A DNA stretch of 32,000 nucleotides, taken from assembly GCA_000025185.1 (NCBI GenBank), contig CP001848.1:5310001-5342000 (forward strand), given 5' to 3'. A model generated the notes under the pieces. It saw only the letters and a list, made by a program, of their open reading frames with translations. It was not told the DNA's origin and ran no database searches. The DNA comes from Pirellula staleyi DSM 6068 (GTDB taxonomy: Bacteria > Planctomycetota > Planctomycetia > Pirellulales > Pirellulaceae). The position numbers were made by a program, and so were the translations under genes. Shown piece by piece: positions 8,701 to 16,070 of the stretch; position 1 is the first letter of the stretch, and every line of letters begins with the position of its first letter.

Positions 8701-10812
8701 CTGGCCACTGTTACCATCACAGTCGCGCCGGTGAACGACGCACCGCTGGCCACCAACGATGCCTATGCCACCGGCGTCGACGAACAACTAGTAATCGCGC
8801 TCCCGGGCGTGCTAGCCAACGATACCGACGCCGATGGCAACAGCCTCACCGCTGCGGTGGTCGACAACCCCACTTCGGGCACACTCACGCTCAACAGCGA
8901 CGGCTCGTTCACCTATACACCTGGCAGCGGCTTTCAAGGGACCGACACGTTCACCTATCGCGCCAGCGATGGAACTACCACTTCGAACCTTGCCACAGTC
9001 ACGATCACGGTGAATTCTGCGCCGGTGGCTGTCAACGATCTCTATTCAACCGACGAAGATACGCCACTTGCGATCACACTCCCGGGCGTTTTAGGCAATG
9101 ACACGGACGCCGATAGCGACACGCTCACCGCAGTGGTCGTAACTCAGCCGACCAGCGGCACACTCGCGCTCAACGCCGATGGCTCGTTCACCTACACGCC
9201 GAACGCCAACTTCAGCGGCACCGATAGCTTTACCTATCGCGCTAATGATGGCTTCGAAAACTCGAACATCGCTACCGTCACCATCACGGTGAATTCGGTG
9301 AACGATGCTCCCGTCGCCACCGCCGACTCCTACAGCACACCCACCGACACCGCACTGGTTGTTAGTGGGGCAGGGGTGCTCGCCAACGATACTGATACCG
9401 ACGGCGACGATCTCACCGCTGTCGTCGTCGATCAGCCAACCAGTGGGTCGCTCGCGTTCAACGCCGATGGGACCTTCACTTACACACCCAGCAGTGGTTT
9501 CCAGGGAACCGACAGCTTCACCTATCAGGCGAGCGACGGTCTGGCGAATTCGAACGTTGTGACCGTAACGATCACCGTCAATAACGCCCCGGTGGCAGTC
9601 GCTGATAGTTATACGACCGACGAAGATACCCCGCTTACAGTCGCCATCGAGGGAGTCCTTGAAAACGATACAGATGCAGATGCCGACACACTCACCGCCG
9701 CCGTGGTCGACCAGCCTGCGCACGGCTCTCTCACGCTCAATAGCAATGGCACTTTCACCTACACACCCGAGACCAATTTCAGCGGCACCGATACCTTCAC
9801 CTATCGCGCAAGCGATGGGATCAACGATTCGATTCTTGCTACGGTCACCATCACGGTGACGGCGGTCAACGATGTCGCGATCGGTACGAATAAGACCTAC
9901 GATGCGACGCAAGATGTCCCCCTCGCGATCAACGCCGCAAGCGGCCTGCTCACCGGCGCAACCGACGCCGAGAACGATACCCTAAGCGCAGTTCTCGTTG
10001 GCACTCCCATCGGAGGAACGGTCGATCTCAATTCCGATGGCTCCTTCACCTTCACCCCCAATGCTGGGTTCTCGGGGGCCGCGAGCTTCACTTTCGTCAT
10101 CAACGATGGCACCGCTGATTCAGCCACCTACACTGCCTCCATCGACGTGATCCCGACCGCTGTCAACACGGCTCCGGTTGCAGTGGCCGACAGCTACACG
10201 CTCGATGAAGATACACCTCTGGTCGTGGATGCACTCGCCGGACTTTTGGCTAACGATAGCGATGCCGAGAGCGACTCTCTTACCATCGAAGTGGTCGATT
10301 CTCCTGCGAGCGGCACACTCAACCTGTCGGGGGATGGCTCGTTCACCTATACCCCCGCTCCCAACGTCAACGGCACTGTGACGTTCACGTACAAGCTCAG
10401 CGATGGAACCGCCGACTCGGCCACGGTGACAGTCACGCTCAACATCACACCGGCAAACGACCCGCCCGTGGCGGTGAGTCAGTCGTACGCTACAGCCGAG
10501 AACACAGCACTTACCATCAGTGCTCCGGGATTACTGACCGGCGGTTCAGACGTCGACGGGAGCGACGTACTCTCGGCTGTGAAACTGACCGATCCTGCTA
10601 GCGGCACGGTGACGGTCAATGCCGATGGGTCGTTTGTCTACACACCAAGCAGTGGATTTGCCGGAACCGACTCGTTCACCTTCGCCCTAAGCGACGGCAC
10701 CACGAACTCGGCTCCCGCCACCGTCACCATTGAAGTAGGTGGGGAAGGGGAGCCCTGGATGGGGTCGCTCATCGACCAAATCTTCGGCGAAAACGAAGAC
10801 TGGATGGCGTAG
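5800..10812 (+). CDS. Giant secreted/surface repeat protein (1,670 aa): basic leader, SdrD-B/Cna-B-like domain, 15 tandem ~96-aa cadherin/VCBS-like ('tandem-95') repeats, short acidic tail
   Basis: A single uninterrupted 5-kb ORF. Aa 44-150, [33 protein letters not shown]...[18 protein letters not shown], fits the SdrD B-like fold family. Then 15 units follow of consensus N-D-A-P-V-A-x-x-D-S-Y-x-T-x-E-D-T-x-L-T-[IV]...GVLANDTD.[DE]...LTA.[18 protein letters not shown]...F.GTD.FTY.A.DG...SN.ATVTITV. Confidence 0.9.
   Translation: [1670 protein letters not shown]
6412..10737 (+). repeat. Coding tandem-repeat array, 15 units of ~285-294 nt
   Basis: Repeat boundaries can be read directly from the translation (aa 205-1646). 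Many stretches recur nearly verbatim at the DNA level, for example those encoding [32 protein letters not shown]. Confidence 0.9.
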
Positions 10813-11063
10813 CTCAGCCTCAGATTTTCCATGTGGCTGCAGGAAAGCCCGCGCCTTGATGCATTCACAGATGATGCATGCACAGCAGCACTAGCAAGTC
10901 GCTGATGTGTCGCGCTCACGTGGTACTTTGCGCCCTCTAGTAAAGCTTTTCCGACAAACGTGGCTTTAACGGTCACAAAAGGTTGAACGACAAGGAAAGG
11001 TTTGACGATACCCTAACGCGAGGGGCTCAAGTCAGCTGTTACTCTGTCGGTGGAGAGACACGG

Positions 11064-12494
11064 ATGTCGTTTCCTAAGTCGGTGCTGGTCGCGATCACCT
11101 GCATCTTGGTTAGTACACCACTCTTCGCGCAAACGTCGACACCACGGCGTGCTACGTCGCCTGCGACAACATCTCGCTTGCCAGCCTCGAGCTCGCCGAG
11201 CCCCAGGACTTCTTCCGCCAGCACCTCGCGGGCACAGCCCGCTATCTATCGCGCGCCGACGACACAGCGTGCCCAGCCTGCCAGCTATGCCAGTGAAGTT
11301 CCACCGGAACTCTACGAAACCGACGCCTACGCCGCTGGTCCATCGAGCAGCGACTATGGCCCTGCGTGCGACGGCTGTGGTGGTCCCAGCTGCGGGGCAC
11401 AAGGATGCTGTGCCCCTGGTTGTTTCACCGGCTGGGGATGCTGCGATCTTTACGTCCGGGCCGAGTACCTGATGTGGTGGTCGAACGGCGCAAACGCACC
11501 AGCACTCGTCACCGAAAGTCTCCCCGGCATTCCGCAGGCCAATGCGGGGGTCCTCGGAAGCCCTGGGACCTCGATCCTCTATGGCGACGAAAATCTCGAC
11601 AGCGATCTGCGAAGCGGAATTTTGTTCGGCATTGGTGGTTGGTGCGATCCTGGTCACACGATCGGCTGGGAAGTTAACTACGCCTATCTCGGCGAAGACA
11701 ACCAAGACTTCTACGGCGACAACACCACCAGCACCATTCTCGCCCGCCCCTTTTTTAACACCCAAACCGGCGCGCAAGATTCGCGATTGATCAACTACCC
11801 TGGTCTTGTGAGTGGCAGTGTGGGAATCGATGCCACCACCGAGTTCCAATCGCTCGAAGCGGTCATTCGCAGCTGTTTCATGCAATCGTGCTACGGCCGC
11901 ACCGATTTCATTTTGGGCTATCGCTATGCCAACCTCACCGAGCAAGTGCGGATCGAAGAATCGACCCTCGCTCTCTCCGGGGTCATCGCCGGTACGACGA
12001 TCGACATCGTGGACGACTTCAAGACCCTCAACGAATTCAATGGCGTGAACCTCGGCTTCATCACCGAACGCCGAATCAATCCTTGCTGGAGCTATGAGTT
12101 CACTGCCAAGGTGGCACTCGGCACCACCAAATCAACCGGCACAATTCGCGGCCAACGCACCACCACTAACACGCTCGGAACCTCGACCACCAACGGTGGC
12201 CTTCTGGCGCTCGACACCAATATTGGCGACTACTCGCAAACTGCGTTCAGCGCAATGCCAGAACTCGGAATTCAGTTGCGCTACGACCTCAATCCTTGCT
12301 GGTCAGCGACCTTTGGCTACAGCGTGCGCGCGATCACCAACACCATGCGAGCAGCCGAGCAGATCGATACCACGATCAACCCGACCCAAATTCCGCCGGG
12401 AACTTTCACCGGCGCAAACCGCCCTGACTTTCTGTTTGGTGAATCGGTGTTCGTCGCTCAGGGACTCAACTTTGGCCTCCAGTGCGCTTTCTAA
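11064..12494 (+). CDS. BBP7-family (planctomycete DUF1551-type) outer-membrane beta-barrel protein
   Basis: Start chosen at ATG 11064, with GGAGAG 7 nt upstream. The signal peptide is MSFPKSVLVAITCILVSTPLFAQ. An S/T/P/R-rich linker and a Cys/Gly-rich patch (CDGCGGPSCGAQGCCAPGCFTGWGCC) follow. Then comes DLYVRAEYLMWWSNGANAPALVTES...GTSILYGDENLDSDLRSGILFGIGGW and alternating amphipathic strands, ending ...GLNFGLQCAF (terminal Phe, an OMP beta-signal). The family name is recalled from memory, not searched. Confidence 0.7.
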   Translation: MSFPKSVLVAITCILVSTPLFAQTSTPRRATSPATTSRLPASSSPSPRTSSASTSRAQPAIYRAPTTQRAQPASYASEVPPELYETDAYAAGPSSSDYGPACDGCGGPSCGAQGCCAPGCFTGWGCCDLYVRAEYLMWWSNGANAPALVTESLPGIPQANAGVLGSPGTSILYGDENLDSDLRSGILFGIGGWCDPGHTIGWEVNYAYLGEDNQDFYGDNTTSTILARPFFNTQTGAQDSRLINYPGLVSGSVGIDATTEFQSLEAVIRSCFMQSCYGRTDFILGYRYANLTEQVRIEESTLALSGVIAGTTIDIVDDFKTLNEFNGVNLGFITERRINPCWSYEFTAKVALGTTKSTGTIRGQRTTTNTLGTSTTNGGLLALDTNIGDYSQTAFSAMPELGIQLRYDLNPCWSATFGYSVRAITNTMRAAEQIDTTINPTQIPPGTFTGANRPDFLFGESVFVAQGLNFGLQCAF

Positions 12495-12555
12495 AGCCAA
12501 GCGATTCTGGAGCGATTGAAACCGAATCGGATGATGCTGAAAGAGGCTGGGCGAT

Positions 12556-14244
12556 TTAATAGACATCTTTCTTCAAGCGTCCTGATTTCAACCACTCCTG
12601 CAGCTTCTTTTTCGCTTCGTCGGCAGTGAGATGTCCCTGCTCGACGATGATCTGCTGCAGTGTCTTCTCGACATCCGCCGCCATCCGCTTAGCGTCGCCG
12701 CAAATGTAAACCACTGCACCGCCAGCAAGCCACTGCCATAGCTCGGCTGCATGCGCGAGCATTTCATGCTGCACGTAGCGTTTCTCCACTTGGTCGCGTG
12801 AGAACGCCAGCGACAGCCGCGTGATCACACCTCGCGAGACAAAGTCCTCGAGTTCCGACTGATAGAGATAATCCTTCTCGCGCGATTGATTCCCAAAAAA
12901 CAGCCACGATTTGCCCGGCATCTTCAGCCGATCGCGATGCTGTAAGAACCCACGAAACGGCGCGATCCCAGTCCCGGGACCAATCATGATGATCGGCGTG
13001 CTGGGGTCGGCGGGCAGGCGAAACTTCGACGGATGCACGAACACCCGAATCGAATCGCCCGGTTGCAATCGAACCCCTGCATAGTGCGATGCAATTCCAA
13101 ATCGACGCTCCTCACCAGCCCGGTACTCAGCTACCCCCATCGTTAAATGAACTTGCAGCGGATGAGCTTGCTGCGATGAAGCAATCGAATAGAGACGTGG
13201 TTGCAGCGGCGGAAGTTTTTCAACAAACGTCTCGATCGATGCGATACGAATCGAGAAACGGTTGATGAGGTCGGCAATCGATGCGAGCAGCAGTGGGTTC
13301 TCGTCAGCAGTGAGTCCCTCTTCAATCACGCGCCGCGCATCGCTCGCGCCAATCTGTGCAAAGTATTCGAGCAGCCCGACGTTTGCCTTGTTAATCACCA
13401 CTTGCTGGAGCAGCAGTGTGCGTAGCGATTGGGGTTCCTCGTCACCGCGCGTGATAAGTTGCTCGCCCGAGTGCTGCAGCGCCTCGAGAAGTCGCTCGAC
13501 CATCGCGGGATCATTCTCGGGGAGAATGCCGAGACTATCTCCCGGTTCATAAGTGAGGTTCGACGTGCCTAAATCGATCACCACATGACGCGTATCTTTG
13601 CCGGCATCCAGTTCCGTCAGTCGATCGTTGGAGATGAGTCGGGCGATGAGTGGATTCTTCTTCGACGTCCCCAGCAGCCCCTTGGCATGCGCAGCTGTTC
13701 CGTTTGCGATCCCCACAGCTGCGGCAGGAGCAGAGTCATTAGAAGTCTGCCCATAGGACCCATGGCCATTCTGAGAATGACCGTTTTGGCCGTTCGTTTT
13801 CGCCGGATTGCTCGCATGTTCCGCGAGGAGCTTTTTCAGCGTTTTGGCGGTTGGAGTTCCACCTGGCGAGCAGCGTGTGAGGTCCTTTTCTTCGCCTCGA
13901 GCGACAGCTTCGGCATAGGTTTGACAGAGATAGCCGCACGATCCACAGTCGAGCTGCGCCATGGCTGACATCAGCTTGAGTTCGAGCGGCCGATCGCTGG
14001 CCAGGGCAACCCTTTCATCTATAGAGAGGGACGAATCGCGCCACGGAAACTCCTCGGGCGCTAGCGGTGCGACAGCTGGAGGCTCGAGCACGGCAACGCT
14101 GCTGTGCGAAGATGTTACTGGTGACATCACGGCAGCTGTGCCACCAGAATCGCGCGCGGTGAGCATCGCGGCGAAGAAGCCATTCAACCACGCGCGCTGC
14201 GCTGGCGAAAATGGTGCCGAGTCGGGGATCACCGGAATTTTCAT
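12556..14244 (-). CDS. CysJ-like FAD/NAD(P)H oxidoreductase with an RnfB-type [4Fe-4S] domain in place of the flavodoxin domain
   Basis: The C-terminal 370 aa are a ferredoxin-NADP reductase / CysJ FAD module (RLYSIASS, GPGTGIAPFRGFLQ, VYICGDAKRMAADVEKTL, ends ...KDVY). Aa ~95-140, QLDCGSCGYLCQTYAEAVARGEEKDLTRCSPGGTPTAKTLKKLL, aligns with the E. coli RnfB segment [44 protein letters not shown] (recalled). No FMN/flavodoxin-like region is visible. Its ATG overlaps the nirA stop (ATGA at 14241-14244). Confidence 0.8.
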   Translation of the reverse strand: MKIPVIPDSAPFSPAQRAWLNGFFAAMLTARDSGGTAAVMSPVTSSHSSVAVLEPPAVAPLAPEEFPWRDSSLSIDERVALASDRPLELKLMSAMAQLDCGSCGYLCQTYAEAVARGEEKDLTRCSPGGTPTAKTLKKLLAEHASNPAKTNGQNGHSQNGHGSYGQTSNDSAPAAAVGIANGTAAHAKGLLGTSKKNPLIARLISNDRLTELDAGKDTRHVVIDLGTSNLTYEPGDSLGILPENDPAMVERLLEALQHSGEQLITRGDEEPQSLRTLLLQQVVINKANVGLLEYFAQIGASDARRVIEEGLTADENPLLLASIADLINRFSIRIASIETFVEKLPPLQPRLYSIASSQQAHPLQVHLTMGVAEYRAGEERRFGIASHYAGVRLQPGDSIRVFVHPSKFRLPADPSTPIIMIGPGTGIAPFRGFLQHRDRLKMPGKSWLFFGNQSREKDYLYQSELEDFVSRGVITRLSLAFSRDQVEKRYVQHEMLAHAAELWQWLAGGAVVYICGDAKRMAADVEKTLQQIIVEQGHLTADEAKKKLQEWLKSGRLKKDVY

Positions 14245-16070
14245 GCTACCTCCTTCATCGCCACACTCGAGTTGGCAATCACACGAGTCAATTCATCGAG
14301 CGTTCGTTTACGCGACCAATCGGCAAACGTTTGCTCGCGAAAATCTCGGCCATCATTCCAAGCGATGAGCAAACGCTCGACGATGCTGGGCATCTCGGTC
14401 GCAGGGATACTCGCTTGAAGCTGTCGTCCAATTCCGCGATCGTCTCCAAATCCACCACCCACGAACAAGTGATACCCTTCGACCATTTCTTCCCCTTGCG
14501 CCACCTTCGTTCCGAGCAGGCCAATATCTCCAATCGCATGCTGTGCACACGAATGATGACAACCAGTCAGATGAATGTTCACCGGCAGATCGAGCTGAAT
14601 CTTGGACTCGAGATAAGTGGCGAGTTTCAGTGCATGTTGCTTCGTGTGAGCAGCAGCGAACTTGCAACCAGCAGCTCCCGTGCAGGCGACGAGTCCACTC
14701 CGAACGTTCGTAGCTGAGGTGCAGAGACCGGTTGCTTCGATCGCTGCTTGGACCGCAGGAATGTCGTCGGTTTTGATGTCGGAGATCAGCAGATTTTGCC
14801 AAACCGTGAGTCGAATGGTGCCACTTCCATAACGATCGGCAACCTGGGCAAGATCACGCATCTGCTGAGCGCTGAGACGTCCGACCGGGAGTACCACACC
14901 GACATAGTGCAGCCCCGGCTGTGCTTGGGGATGGAAACCGAGGTGAGCGCCAGACACCGCTTTCGTGCGTGGTAGCTCGACATACTCCCGGGGTACCTGT
15001 CGCAGCGGTTTGCCATACGATTTCTCGACGAGTTTCAGAAACTCGGCCTGACCGAGTCGATCGAGGACATACTTGAGACGTGCCCGCTTGCGATCGGTCC
15101 GATCACCTTCCTGCAGAAAAACCCGGAGCACGGCAGCAGCGAGGTCGACACATTCACACTCGCGCAGCAGAATGCCACAGTCACTTGCAAAATCGCCATG
15201 ACCAGTGATGCCGCCGAGTTCCATCCGGAAAAAAATCTCCGGAGCACTGGTTCCGTCGAGCGACCCTCGCACCGCAAAGAAACCGATATCGTTGGTGTCA
15301 GCGAGTGTTGTGGTGCGACCTCCACCGTCGAACGAGATGTTGAACTTTCGCGGTAAGCCATACATTTCAGGATGCTGCAGAATGTAGTGGTTCATTTTTC
15401 GTGCAAGAGTGCGCGTATCGATGATTTCTTCGGGATCGATGCCAGAGGTCGGCGGAATGGTGATGTTGCGAATATTGTCGGCGCCACTTCCGCGCGTAAT
15501 CACTCCGAGTTCGACGAGTCCATCGATCACCTCCAGGGGATACTCGGCCGGGATCTCTCGCAGCTGAAGATTGGAGCGCGTGGTGACGTCGGTATATCCC
15601 CCAGCGAACTTTTCCGCGATGTCGGCGATGCCACGAAACTGATGCGAGTTCGTCATACCTCCTGCAAAACGAAGGCGACACATGAACGCATTTTGGGCAG
15701 GGGCCACGTGAAATAAACCGTGGTATTTATAGAGAAATACGTCGGTTCCTTTGGGAAATCGAGCTTCACTTGCCGCCTGCTCCATGGCGTCTCGCATTTG
15801 AAACGGGTCTTTCGATCGCTTCGCTTGCTCCTCACTGGAAAGTTTGAGCCCCCGGTCGAGAAACTGATTCTGCGCGACACCATGCGCGAGCCGCGCATCG
15901 GGCGGGAGGGGACTCGGCACCGTTTCGGGCGTTGTCGCTGGGAGCATCCCCAGGGCCGAGAGGGTCGAAGCAAAGGTGGGATTTCGACTCGTTTGCAGAG
16001 CATCGCAGCCCGCTGCAAATCCCATCAGATACTGCTGCTGTTCTTCGGAAAACGTTTGTGGAGCGTTCAT
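14241..16070 (-). CDS. nirA: Siroheme/[4Fe-4S] ferredoxin-type nitrite reductase (NirA family)
   Basis: A 609-aa product from ATG 16070, with GAAGGA upstream and an ATGA overlap with the nasA stop. It shows the duplicated nitrite/sulfite reductase half-domains and the cluster/siroheme Cys motifs (...VACTGAAGCKFAAAHTK... and ...LTGCHHSCAQHAIGDIGLLG...). Calling it a nitrite rather than sulfite reductase rests on the nrt/nasA context. Confidence 0.85.
   Translation of the reverse strand: MNAPQTFSEEQQQYLMGFAAGCDALQTSRNPTFASTLSALGMLPATTPETVPSPLPPDARLAHGVAQNQFLDRGLKLSSEEQAKRSKDPFQMRDAMEQAASEARFPKGTDVFLYKYHGLFHVAPAQNAFMCRLRFAGGMTNSHQFRGIADIAEKFAGGYTDVTTRSNLQLREIPAEYPLEVIDGLVELGVITRGSGADNIRNITIPPTSGIDPEEIIDTRTLARKMNHYILQHPEMYGLPRKFNISFDGGGRTTTLADTNDIGFFAVRGSLDGTSAPEIFFRMELGGITGHGDFASDCGILLRECECVDLAAAVLRVFLQEGDRTDRKRARLKYVLDRLGQAEFLKLVEKSYGKPLRQVPREYVELPRTKAVSGAHLGFHPQAQPGLHYVGVVLPVGRLSAQQMRDLAQVADRYGSGTIRLTVWQNLLISDIKTDDIPAVQAAIEATGLCTSATNVRSGLVACTGAAGCKFAAAHTKQHALKLATYLESKIQLDLPVNIHLTGCHHSCAQHAIGDIGLLGTKVAQGEEMVEGYHLFVGGGFGDDRGIGRQLQASIPATEMPSIVERLLIAWNDGRDFREQTFADWSRKRTLDELTRVIANSSVAMKEVA

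Noticed and set aside
6079-10381. Numerous long ORFs on both strands inside the giant gene (for example 6288-7019 +, 8410-8787 -, 9091-9912 - at 273 aa).
   Set aside because: All lie within the repeat array. They have Arg/Gly/His-rich, low-complexity, non-protein-like translations that themselves repeat with the array period. They are frame shadows of a GC-rich repetitive CDS.
11013-11945. 310-aa minus-strand ORF antisense to the BBP7 gene.
   Set aside because: The translation is Arg/Ala/Gly-rich with no domain-like features. It is fully nested antisense in a well-supported signal-peptide/beta-barrel CDS.
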